From contig JAVJQW010000041.1 of assembly GCA_040218735.1 (NCBI GenBank), positions 352,001 through 416,000 on the forward strand: 64,000 nt of DNA, read 5' to 3'. The translations under genes were made by a program, and so were the position numbers. Below the pieces are notes generated by a model. That model did no database searches. It saw only the letters and a program-made list of their open reading frames with translations, and was not told the origin of the DNA. Every line of letters starts with the position of its first letter. The first letter of the stretch is position 1. This DNA is from Deltaproteobacteria bacterium. GTDB lineage: Bacteria > Myxococcota > Kuafuiibacteriia > Kuafuiibacteriales > Kuafuiibacteriaceae. Below are positions 38,529 through 47,787 of the stretch, one piece after another.

Positions 38529-39455
38529 ATGAAACGACGTAGCTCTCTTCACCTCTTCACGCTCGGTCTCCTCGTCGCTTGCGGCGGCGCAACCACGAAC
38601 GGAACCTCGCTCTCGACGCACGATCTCGAAGGGGGGCCCTTCGACTCGGCGCCCGAGGTGCAGGACCGCGCATCGGCCGAGGCGCGCGCGGTCGCGCTGT
38701 TCGGTGGCGACGTCATCAGCTCCAAGCTCGACGTCGAGCGTGGCCTCTCGGTCTTCGAGATCAAGTTGCTGCTTCCGTCCTCGGCGGTGATCGAGGTCTC
38801 CATCGAGGAGTCGACCGGACACCTCGTCCAGGTCGAACACGAGTCCGGCCCGCTCACCGACGACTTGCCGCTCGGCGATGGCTTCCTGAACCTGGCAGAG
38901 GCGCTCGCGAAGGCGACCGGGGATGTCGTCGACTACGAGCTCGAGCTGGACGACGGGCTTCGCTGGGTCTGGGAGCTGGAGCTCGCGGATGGCACGAGCG
39001 TGAAGGTCGACGCGCAGACCGGAGAGGTCTTCGACGGCGTCGGCGATGATTCGTGGGACGACGATGGCTTCGACGACGGACAGGCCGCGACCCCGACCGA
39101 CGCGATTCGCGACGCCGCGCTCGCGATCGTCGACGGCGAAGTCGTGAAGTCGGAGCGCGAGTTCGAGCATGGCATGAGCGCGTGGAAGCTCACGATCCGC
39201 ACGGCGTCGGGCGCCTCGGTCGAGGTGTACCTGCTCGCCGACGACGCGAGCCTCCTTCGGGTGAAGGACGACGAGGGGCCGTTCGACTACGCCGTCACGC
39301 CGGGCCGCGGTTGGCTGACGCTCGACGAGGCGGTCGAACGCGCGGGTCGAAGCCTCGACGTGCTCTCGAAGTTCCGCCTCGATCGCAGCGGTCAGGCGTT
39401 TGTGTACGAGCTGGATTTCGGAGACGAAGACGTGGACGTGAACGCCGTCCGATGA
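38529..39455 (+). CDS. PepSY-repeat lipoprotein (about four PepSY-like units)
   Basis: Lipobox GLLVAC; repeated A...A...G.V...EL....WELEL....V.VDA.TGEV units. Confidence 0.8.
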   Translation: MKRRSSLHLFTLGLLVACGGATTNGTSLSTHDLEGGPFDSAPEVQDRASAEARAVALFGGDVISSKLDVERGLSVFEIKLLLPSSAVIEVSIEESTGHLVQVEHESGPLTDDLPLGDGFLNLAEALAKATGDVVDYELELDDGLRWVWELELADGTSVKVDAQTGEVFDGVGDDSWDDDGFDDGQAATPTDAIRDAALAIVDGEVVKSEREFEHGMSAWKLTIRTASGASVEVYLLADDASLLRVKDDEGPFDYAVTPGRGWLTLDEAVERAGRSLDVLSKFRLDRSGQAFVYELDFGDEDVDVNAVR

Positions 39456-39476
39456 CCGGACGCTGAGCGGAAACGA

Positions 39477-39504
39477 CGGCGGCCTCGAAGGTCCGAGGCC
39501 GCCG
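39477..39504. terminator. Hairpin between convergent genes
   Basis: CGGCGGCCTCG-AAGGTC-CGAGGCCGCCG, perfect 11-bp stem. Confidence 0.7.
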
Positions 39505-39518
39505 CGTCAGGTGTGGGT

Positions 39519-40709
39519 TTAGTAGCGGGCCGTGACCGAGAACGACAGGCGGGTCTCGTCACGGTGGAAGAAGAAGGTGTTCACGATGCCGTTGCGGACC
39601 ACGTTGCCTCCCTGCTCCCAGGCGATGCCCGCCGAGAGGAACGGCAGGGGCACCCAGGTCAGGTAGAAGTCGTAGCCGTACGCCGGCCGCACGAACACCG
39701 CGTCACTGCGGTCGGACTCGAACGAGTCCCGCGCCGGGTAGTTCACGGTCTCGGAGCCGTTGATGTCGGCGCCGAGCGTCAACGTCCCGAAGTCCCCGAG
39801 CGAGAACAGGTACTCGAGCGCGAGCTGACCGACGAAGACGAACCGCGGGAGGGTGGCTCCCTGCTGTCCGTTCTGCTCGGCGAACTCGTGCCCGCGCCAC
39901 TGCACGAGACCGGCCGCTGCGACGTACAGCTGGTCGATCACGTTCGTTCGGGCGACGGTCAGACCTTCGAGCCCCAGGTAGAAGCTCTGGATCTGCGCCT
40001 GACGTGAAGTCGGCAGGTACACCATGCCGCGGTGGATGAAGAAGATGTTCCGCTTGATCCCCGCGACCTCCACGTCCACCGGGTTGAACATCATCGCCCC
40101 CAGGTTGAGGTTGCCGAGCTGGAAACCACTCTCCTGCACGTCCGGGTCGAACCCGTCGACCGTGTACGTGCCGGCCGGGAGCCCCGACGGCAACTGACCG
40201 CCCTGCGCCACGAACCGCTGCTGCAAGTTCATGCGCGCGAGGAGCTGCCACCCCTTGGCGAGCTTGAAGCCCGCCGTGAGGGCGTAGTTCATCGAGCGGT
40301 CCCCAGCCGGATCCTCGTCGTTGATGACGGGGGTCCGGAACTGGAGCGACGCAGCCACGAAGAACGGTCGTTTGTTGCCGCCCGCGATCGCCACGTTCTG
40401 GGCGCCGAGCTGAGCCGCAACCTTCTTCGCGCTCTCCTTGCTGTTGTCGTCCCCGGCGGCGACGGCCGATGTCACGGCCGCGCCTTCACCTTCTTCCTTG
40501 TCGTCTTCCGCCTTGGCCGAAGTGGCCTCCGCGTCCGCGCTGCTGGCGGCGGTCTCCGAGGTCGAAACCTCGGAGGTCGCGCCGCCTTCCGCGGACTCTT
40601 CTGCGTGGGCCACTTCGGCTGGCTGTGCATCGTCGGCGCGCGCAGACGTCCCCATCACGAGGACCCCCGCACACACCGACGCGTAGATGAGCCAGCGAAG
40701 TTTCATCAT
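39519..40709 (-). CDS. Probable outer-membrane beta-barrel protein
   Basis: Signal peptide (ARA-D), acidic disordered N-terminus, amphipathic strands, C-terminal LSFSVTARY with terminal aromatic. Confidence 0.7.
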   Translation of the reverse strand: MMKLRWLIYASVCAGVLVMGTSARADDAQPAEVAHAEESAEGGATSEVSTSETAASSADAEATSAKAEDDKEEGEGAAVTSAVAAGDDNSKESAKKVAAQLGAQNVAIAGGNKRPFFVAASLQFRTPVINDEDPAGDRSMNYALTAGFKLAKGWQLLARMNLQQRFVAQGGQLPSGLPAGTYTVDGFDPDVQESGFQLGNLNLGAMMFNPVDVEVAGIKRNIFFIHRGMVYLPTSRQAQIQSFYLGLEGLTVARTNVIDQLYVAAAGLVQWRGHEFAEQNGQQGATLPRFVFVGQLALEYLFSLGDFGTLTLGADINGSETVNYPARDSFESDRSDAVFVRPAYGYDFYLTWVPLPFLSAGIAWEQGGNVVRNGIVNTFFFHRDETRLSFSVTARY

Positions 40710-43700
40710 CAGAACCCGACGAAGTTGTTGAAGTACTCGTAGTACGCCAGGAGGATCTTCAACCCGAAGTTGTCGAGCGTCTCGCTCGCACCCGCGTTCA
40801 GGTCGTCGTTGTAGTCCCGGATGTACTGGAAGCTCACCGGGCTACGCGACTTGCCCGCCGTGAGGTGCCACCCCTGATCCGCCAGGTACGTGTACGTGTA
40901 CTCCTCGCCGTCGTGCACGAAGATCTGCTGCGTGTTGTCCGGCCCCGTCGCGCGGTCGACGATGTCGTCCCCGTACTCGGCCTGCAGCTCCTCGAGCGTC
41001 TCGAAGCGACGAATCGCGATGCGCTCCTTCAGCTCCACGCTCCCGACCAGGTTCGAGTTCGTCACCGACGAGAACAGGCCGATCGCGTAGTAACGGAACC
41101 ACGGGAACGTGTCGTAGGAGGCGCCGAGCATGTTGTCGAGGACCCGCTGCGACAGCGCCGCGTTCCGCGTGCCGAACGGCGCGTCGTACATCGCGACGTA
41201 CGTGAAGACGTCCGGGTTGTAGTTGTAGACCGCCTGCAGATCCATGAACGCAAACGTCGTGAAGAGTTTGTCCACGATGATGCCGATGCGCAGGATGTCG
41301 CCGTAGAAGGGGTCGAACTCCGTCTGGTAGTTCCGGTACGCCGCCGACTGGTTGATGACCGCGTCGTAGAACGCCATCGTCATGCCGATCGCCGCCTGGA
41401 TGTCGATGTAGAAGTCCATCGAGATCTCGTCGTACTCCGGGTCCGTGAGGACCGGGTCGCCGTTGACCTGATCGAGCTTCTTCAGCGTGCCCTGCACGCC
41501 GCCGCCGCCCCAGTCGAACAGGGCGAGGTACCACATGCGAAGCAGCGGGAAGACCGAGTTGTAGACGCTGTAGATGTAGCGGTTCGTATCCCAGAACGTG
41601 CGGTACGCGCGGCGGTTACGAATGCTGTAGAGCCAGTCGTAGCGCTCGATCGAGTTCAGCACGATCTGCGAGGGCGTCACGCCGAGGTCGTGCGCCTGGC
41701 ACAGCGGCGAACGCATCCGGTGCTCGTCGGTGCAGTACAGGAAGTCCTCTTCCATCATCTGCTCGCGCACCTCGTTCGTGCCGTAGATCCACTTGAGCGC
41801 GGCCTCGTCGTACTGACCCCAGCTACGGCCGGTGCCCGCCTCCTCGTAGGAGACGACGTAGTCCATCACCGACGCCGACAGCTCGTCCTCGCGCATGTGC
41901 TTCTTGTCGACCGAGCCGTAGAAGTTGTGACGCAGGCTGAGGTTGTGGCCGAGCTCGTGGATCGCCACGTTGAAGACCACGTCCTCGATGATGCGCTCCG
42001 AGTAGACCTCGTCCGACTCGAACTTCCCGTTCACGCAGCGACGCGCGCCGGTCGCGATCGCGGAGATCGCGTCGTTGGCGTCGAACACGTAGATGTTCTT
42101 CTTGCTGTGGAGGTACTCCTGGTCGGCCTCGAGCCGGTCGTGGTTCTTCCGCCACTCGCGGAAGTCGTCCATGAAGCCGAGCTGCGCTTCGATGCCGTCA
42201 CGCGAGTGCAGCGCGAGGCCCTGGAAGGGATCCTCGTTCAGCATGATGTTGGTCATCGCCTCGTTGAACTCACGCTCCGTCGCGAGGCGGTCGGTGAGGT
42301 TCGCGACCGGGCTGCGACCCTTCGGCAGGTAGACGTAGGGGTTCCAGGCCGGCTCCGCGTAGCGAATCTCACCGAGCGTGCGGTGGTAGTCGCTCAGGAA
42401 CTCTTCGCGCGCGGGCTCCGGCAGGAAGCCGTCCGTCGGCTGGCCGTTCTCGAGGTCCGGCTCCGCGAGCTCCATCGTGCGGCGCATCTCGCGGAAGATC
42501 TGCGTCTGCAGACGACCGGAGTTGTCGGCCGGGACCGCGGTCTGACCCGCTTCGCAGTCGACCTGCTCCCACGCGAGGTCCGCCGGCTTGCCGACGGCGC
42601 CGTTCGTCTCCAGGTAGTCCTGGATGAGGAAGCGGTAGTAGTCCATGCCCACGTTGTAGAGGTTCAGATTCGCGCTGATGATCTCACCCGTGCGCGGGTC
42701 CGAGGACGACGGCCCGTAACCGAGCAGCCCCTTCGTGGTGTCGATGTCCTGGTGCCACGCGACGAAGCTGAAGCGCGCGTCGCCGAAGTGACGCTCCATC
42801 GGCTCGCCGTCCGGTCCGGGCGCGTTCCACTCCTGGAAGTCGAAGCGCAGCGACGCGCCCGCCTCTTCGAGGATGCGGTTCGTGTCGGCCTTGATCTCCT
42901 GGAACATCGGCTTGAACCGCTCCGGGAAGCCCTCGATGAAGTAGAACACCACCGGATCGGTGCGGTTCGGGTTCCAGCGGTGCAGGAGCGCCTTCGCGGA
43001 GAGCAGACCCGTCTCCTCGTCGCGGAACACGTTGAAGCGCTTGAACGCGCCGTACTTCTTGTTGACCGGCGCCTTCTCCGCGATCTCCTCCATCGGGAAG
43101 TCCGGCGACGGGCCGGGGCGGAAGAAGCTCAGGCGGTAACGCACCGACGCGGTGCCGACGTCCGACGCGAGCGACACGAGGTCGTAGCAGCCGCCGAACC
43201 AGGTCAGGACATTCAGGTCGTACGTCACCTCGATGACGAACGACATGTACTGGTCGTCCGGATCCCACTCGAACGAGTCGGGCACCATGTGCGTCGAGAT
43301 CGTCCGCGCGCAGTCCTGCAGGAAGTCCCCGTAGAACCAAGCGATGTTGGTGATCGGGTCCATGTTGGTCCGCTCGAAGTCGACCGCGAAGTTCTGGCGC
43401 ATCTGCCAGGGCTCCTCGGTGTTCTCCTCGAGGAAGTTCGTTCGCTCGCCGTCGAGGCTCTCGCGGAGCTTGATGTCCACGTGCCGCCCGGTGAACTCGA
43501 ACATCACGCGCTCGTTGCTCGTCGCGAGGTCGTCGTTCGGGTCGCCGACGTCGTCGCTCTGCAGCTTCTGGCCGTCGACGACCTGAAGCGCGTTCTCGAC
43601 GAAGCGGAACTTCACGTACCGCATGTCCGACTCGAAGCCGGGGAACGTGTAGTCACCGACCACGTTCGGCGAGGACGCCGAGACGATCGTCGACTTGAAG

Positions 43701-43870
43701 AGCCACCCGTAGTCGTGGACGTCCTCGCCCATCTTCGGGTTGTGGGCCGTGAGGTCCGCCTTCGTCAGGTAGAGGTTCTCGTCCATCAACCCATTACGAA
43801 TGGGTCGGTGGTCGACACAGGCCGCCAGCACGACGGCCGCAGTGATGAAGCTGATCTGGGTCCGATTCAT
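40709..43870 (-). CDS. Large zinc-dependent metalloprotease lipoprotein (metzincin)
   Basis: Lipobox AVVLAAC; HELGHNLSLRHNF (HExxHxxxxxH) plus SVMDY Met-turn; DPRTGEIISA; GGAGG RBS before ATG 43870. Confidence 0.9.
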   Translation of the reverse strand: MNRTQISFITAAVVLAACVDHRPIRNGLMDENLYLTKADLTAHNPKMGEDVHDYGWLFKSTIVSASSPNVVGDYTFPGFESDMRYVKFRFVENALQVVDGQKLQSDDVGDPNDDLATSNERVMFEFTGRHVDIKLRESLDGERTNFLEENTEEPWQMRQNFAVDFERTNMDPITNIAWFYGDFLQDCARTISTHMVPDSFEWDPDDQYMSFVIEVTYDLNVLTWFGGCYDLVSLASDVGTASVRYRLSFFRPGPSPDFPMEEIAEKAPVNKKYGAFKRFNVFRDEETGLLSAKALLHRWNPNRTDPVVFYFIEGFPERFKPMFQEIKADTNRILEEAGASLRFDFQEWNAPGPDGEPMERHFGDARFSFVAWHQDIDTTKGLLGYGPSSSDPRTGEIISANLNLYNVGMDYYRFLIQDYLETNGAVGKPADLAWEQVDCEAGQTAVPADNSGRLQTQIFREMRRTMELAEPDLENGQPTDGFLPEPAREEFLSDYHRTLGEIRYAEPAWNPYVYLPKGRSPVANLTDRLATEREFNEAMTNIMLNEDPFQGLALHSRDGIEAQLGFMDDFREWRKNHDRLEADQEYLHSKKNIYVFDANDAISAIATGARRCVNGKFESDEVYSERIIEDVVFNVAIHELGHNLSLRHNFYGSVDKKHMREDELSASVMDYVVSYEEAGTGRSWGQYDEAALKWIYGTNEVREQMMEEDFLYCTDEHRMRSPLCQAHDLGVTPSQIVLNSIERYDWLYSIRNRRAYRTFWDTNRYIYSVYNSVFPLLRMWYLALFDWGGGGVQGTLKKLDQVNGDPVLTDPEYDEISMDFYIDIQAAIGMTMAFYDAVINQSAAYRNYQTEFDPFYGDILRIGIIVDKLFTTFAFMDLQAVYNYNPDVFTYVAMYDAPFGTRNAALSQRVLDNMLGASYDTFPWFRYYAIGLFSSVTNSNLVGSVELKERIAIRRFETLEELQAEYGDDIVDRATGPDNTQQIFVHDGEEYTYTYLADQGWHLTAGKSRSPVSFQYIRDYNDDLNAGASETLDNFGLKILLAYYEYFNNFVGF

Positions 43871-43884
43871 CGCTTCGGTCCTCC

Positions 43885-46197
43885 TTACTGCCACGCCGAC
43901 GCGGTGACCGCGCGGCCGTTCACGACGATGGCCTGCGTACGGTTGGCCAGCGACGTCACGCTCAGGAGGACGTTGCCGTTCTCCGAGTAGTTGAACACGA
44001 GCTCACAGTCTCGGTACGCCGACACCGGCACCGACTTCTCCCACGCCGCGAGCTTCTCGCGGACGTTGTCGCCGTAGGCGATGTCGAGCCCGTTGCAGAG
44101 CGGCAGCGTCCCCTTGAACGTGCCCATGTTGACCCGGCTGAGGACGCCGAGCTCGTCGATGTACCCGAGGACGACCGACTCCTTGCCGTACAGACGCACG
44201 ACGTTGGCCGGGACGAACTCGAAGCGCTCGCCGCGGATCTGCTTGGAGTAGCCGTTGAGGTCCTCGATCGGATCGCCGGAGACGGTGATCGTCTCGTTGG
44301 AGCCGACGCCCGTGGCGTAGCGCAGCCGCAGCGTCGCGAGCTGACGGTCGTAGGAGATGACCGACAGGTCCGTCGCGCCGAGCGACAGCATGTGCCCTTC
44401 GCGGAGGACGTCGCCGAACTCGAAGTACGCGTTGCCGGAGCCGCTGGCGGCGAGCGCGCCGTTGATCAGCGTGTCGATGTCGCTGTAGCCGCGGCTCGTC
44501 GTCACGAACGACAGTCCGCCGTAGTCGAGGCTGTACTGCGCCTGGACGCGAATCGGATCCGCGCCGTTCATGAAGTGCGCGGTGCCGATCGACCACCGGC
44601 GGTCGTCGGTGCTGTAGAGCGCGATGAACGTCTCGGCGTTGTTGGTGCCGCCGTGCGTGAACGCATCGAGCAGCGCGAGGGTGTACGCCTCGAGGTAGTA
44701 CAGCTCGTCGCGCGCGCGCGGGTCGAGCATCTCACGCTCCTCGGTGCTGAGGGTTTCGTAGGTCGCCAGGACGTCCGCGACGATCGCCGGCACGAAGTTC
44801 AGCTCGTCGTCGTCGACGAGCTGGCCGATGCGCTGCGGGGTGTCGTCCGTGAAGTTCGACGTGTCGACCGTGTACGTCCAGAACGGGTGCGACGTCACCG
44901 GCGTGCTCGTTCCGGTCGCGACGATCGCGTCGCGCATCCGCTCCTGCAGCCGCGTCGCGAAGCCGTTCGCCAGCGTCTGCGGGCGGAACTCGTCGACCAC
45001 GGCCGCGTTCGAACGCGAGAAGGAGATGCCGTACAGCGTGTCGGTGTCGAGCGGCTGCTCGCCGTCCCGGAACACCGGCTGCTGGGACGTCGGCCGGAGG
45101 AAGTCGAGGTACATCGTGTTGAACTCGACCGAGACCGCGTCGCGCGAGGTGTCGACGTTGTAGTTGACGCGGTTGATGACGCGCTCGTCACCGGACGCGA
45201 TGCAGTTCTCCTTGAACTGGGCCCACGTCAGGTTCGCGGTGAGGTCGAGCGAGCAGTTCTGCCGCAGCGCGCTGTCGTAGGTGACGGCGACGTTCGTGCC
45301 GTCGGGCGCGAACGCGATCGTGCCGCCGCTCTCGAACGGCGCCGAGCGCACCGGCTCGATGTACACGAAGGTGACGCCGCCTTCGGGCGTGAGGCGAATC
45401 TGCCAGCCCGAGTCGGGGAACCAGATGAACGTGTCCTGCGCCGTCGAGTCGTTCGACGTCGTGTAGATCAGGTTGCACGTCTGGGCCTCGAAACAATCGT
45501 AGTCGTCCGGGAAGGGCTGGGCGTCGAAGAACGTTTCGCGAACGGCACGGTAGATCTTCGAAGCGTTCGCGGGGTTCATCCACGCCGTCGCCTCGTTGGG
45601 CGCCGCCGCGCGGCTCGCGTACCGGTCGAGCTCGACGCCGTCGAGCTTCACGGGCTCGCGCGTCTTGATCTCGAGCGTCCCGGTCGAGCCGTCTTCGTTC
45701 GTGTACGAAGCGGTCATCGTGCCGAGGTACTGCTGGTAAGCCATGATGCCCGTGACGAGCCGCGTCTCCTGGTCGAACCAGACGATCAGCTCGTCGGTGG
45801 GACCCCAGGTGAACGCGTCGGCGTACACACCGGTCGGATCGCAGAACTTCCCGTCATCGGGGTGACCCAGGAGGTCGTCCGCGGGCAGCGGCGTATCCCC
45901 GGGGCCCCACAGCGGCACGCCGCCGACCGAGACGTCCGGGATGATCGGCTCCACGATCATCTGCTGGATGAGGTTCGTCGTGAGCTCCTCGTCGCAGAAC
46001 TTGGCGCGACCGATGGAGTCACCGCCCTGACTGACGAACCCTTTCTCCCCCTCCTGCGTCCACGGACCCGAGTCGGGTTCGTAGCCGTTTTGGGGGGCGG
46101 GGTCGCCCTCGAACGGGGTGAACAGTTGGTCTGGTCCGTCTTCGCAGCCGAAAGTGAACGCCGATCCGATGAAGAGAACGGGCAGCAACCTGCGCAT
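43885..46197 (-). CDS. Large acidic lipoprotein, unknown function
   Basis: GAGGAGG RBS; lipobox SAFTFGC; about 770 aa with several Cys pairs. Confidence 0.8.
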   Translation of the reverse strand: MRRLLPVLFIGSAFTFGCEDGPDQLFTPFEGDPAPQNGYEPDSGPWTQEGEKGFVSQGGDSIGRAKFCDEELTTNLIQQMIVEPIIPDVSVGGVPLWGPGDTPLPADDLLGHPDDGKFCDPTGVYADAFTWGPTDELIVWFDQETRLVTGIMAYQQYLGTMTASYTNEDGSTGTLEIKTREPVKLDGVELDRYASRAAAPNEATAWMNPANASKIYRAVRETFFDAQPFPDDYDCFEAQTCNLIYTTSNDSTAQDTFIWFPDSGWQIRLTPEGGVTFVYIEPVRSAPFESGGTIAFAPDGTNVAVTYDSALRQNCSLDLTANLTWAQFKENCIASGDERVINRVNYNVDTSRDAVSVEFNTMYLDFLRPTSQQPVFRDGEQPLDTDTLYGISFSRSNAAVVDEFRPQTLANGFATRLQERMRDAIVATGTSTPVTSHPFWTYTVDTSNFTDDTPQRIGQLVDDDELNFVPAIVADVLATYETLSTEEREMLDPRARDELYYLEAYTLALLDAFTHGGTNNAETFIALYSTDDRRWSIGTAHFMNGADPIRVQAQYSLDYGGLSFVTTSRGYSDIDTLINGALAASGSGNAYFEFGDVLREGHMLSLGATDLSVISYDRQLATLRLRYATGVGSNETITVSGDPIEDLNGYSKQIRGERFEFVPANVVRLYGKESVVLGYIDELGVLSRVNMGTFKGTLPLCNGLDIAYGDNVREKLAAWEKSVPVSAYRDCELVFNYSENGNVLLSVTSLANRTQAIVVNGRAVTASAWQ

Positions 46198-46340
46198 GAA
46201 GTAGCCTCCTCGAGTCATGAAATGCCTGCCGGTGGGCCACACAGCCACCGTGGAGTGGAAACCGCAAGCGTAAAAACGTCACCTACATGTCGCACCGGTC
46301 GACGATCCAAGGGCCGTCCGGCGGAGCCTGGACAGGGCGT

Positions 46341-47720
46341 TCAGGCGGCGAGGAGGCGGGCCGGACGGGCCCGCGGGAGCAGCAGCTGAAACGTCGATCC
46401 GACCGGGGTCGGCACGTACAGAACCCGGCCGCCGAGCTCCTCCGCGGTCTGGCGAACCGCGTACAGACCGAGCCCCGAGCCGGGCGCGACCCGCGGGTGG
46501 AACCGCTCGAACATCGCGAACAGCTTGGGACGGCAGCGCTCCGGGATACCGAGACCATTGTCCTCCACGGCGATCCGGACGTGGTCGCCCTCCGCACACG
46601 CCGTCACCCGGACATAGGGGCGATCGGCATCGGGGGCGTGGAAGGTCACGGCGTTGCCGATCAGGTTCTCGAGCATCAACCGGAGGTCCGGCGGCGCCGC
46701 GAGCACGTGCAGGTCCGCGGGCACCTCGACCGAGAGCTCGACGCGCCCGAGGCCGACGGTGCTCTCGAGGTAGGTGCGGACATTCGACGCCGCGGCCAGC
46801 ACGGCCTGGGGCGCGGGGCTCCCCCGCTCCAGACGGACCCGGGAGAGCTTGGTGATGTCCGTGACCACGTGACCGAGGCGCCCGAGCGCCGTGGTCAGGT
46901 GGGTGAGCGCATCCTCGCGGGTCTCGGGGTCCGACAGCCCGAGGAGCTCCGCGAGCGTCGCCGCGGTGCGCACCGGGCCTGCGAGATCGTGGGAGACACG
47001 ATACGTGAACGCCGCCATCTCCTCCTTGGATCGCTCCAGCGCCGACGTCGCCGACTCGATGCGCCGGACCATCGGGCGGAAGATGAGCAGCGCCTCGAGG
47101 AGGAGCACGAGGATGCCCAGACCGAAGAAGCCGCGGTCGACGAGCTGGAGTCGAGCGAGCTTGGCCTCCGCGTCGAGCTGAAGCGTCGTCACGACGTCGT
47201 CGAGGCGGGGGAGCAGCATCGCCTGCTCCGCGAACAGCGCGTCGGCGAGCGACGCCGACGCTGGCTCCGGCGCGGCGGCGACCCGACGCGCCGTCAGCAG
47301 GAACGCGCGTACGTCGGCGTCGAGGCGTGCGTCGGAGAAGTAGAGCGCTTCGACTTGGTCGTCGTCGAGCACCCGCTCACCCCCGCCGGTCCGCCCCGAC
47401 GCGAGGACGGCGTGGTTCGACGCCATGCGGTCGATGGCGACGGTCAGCCGTTGGCTGGCCGCCCGCCGCGCCTCCGGGGATGCAGCCGTCGTCGCGACGT
47501 TCGCGTAGAGGGCGACCCGCTGCGACAACATGCGTTGCATGCCGCTGATGTTGACGACGTAGGCGTCCGCGTCGTTGTGCGCGAGGTGCCGACCCAACAC
47601 GAAGTGCGTGACCACGAGGACGGACGCGAGGAGGCCGAGCGCGACGATGTAGCGGCGGGTGAGGCGGCGCCCGATCGCCCGTGCGGTCGGGCTCGACGCG
47701 GATGGGTTGGCGGACCGCAC
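46341..47720 (-). CDS. Membrane histidine kinase with NarX/PilJ-type (nitrate-sensing-like) periplasmic domain
   Basis: VNISGMQRMLSQR P-box-like motif between two TMs; SHDLAGP, NLIGNA, DNGLGI, GSGLGL. Confidence 0.85.
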   Translation of the reverse strand: MRSANPSASSPTARAIGRRLTRRYIVALGLLASVLVVTHFVLGRHLAHNDADAYVVNISGMQRMLSQRVALYANVATTAASPEARRAASQRLTVAIDRMASNHAVLASGRTGGGERVLDDDQVEALYFSDARLDADVRAFLLTARRVAAAPEPASASLADALFAEQAMLLPRLDDVVTTLQLDAEAKLARLQLVDRGFFGLGILVLLLEALLIFRPMVRRIESATSALERSKEEMAAFTYRVSHDLAGPVRTAATLAELLGLSDPETREDALTHLTTALGRLGHVVTDITKLSRVRLERGSPAPQAVLAAASNVRTYLESTVGLGRVELSVEVPADLHVLAAPPDLRLMLENLIGNAVTFHAPDADRPYVRVTACAEGDHVRIAVEDNGLGIPERCRPKLFAMFERFHPRVAPGSGLGLYAVRQTAEELGGRVLYVPTPVGSTFQLLLPRARPARLLAA

Positions 47721-47787
47721 CGATTCTCAGGAACGTCCGTGCGTCGAGCGAATCGAGTCGCGAATCCCTCGACCGTATCGATTCGGC

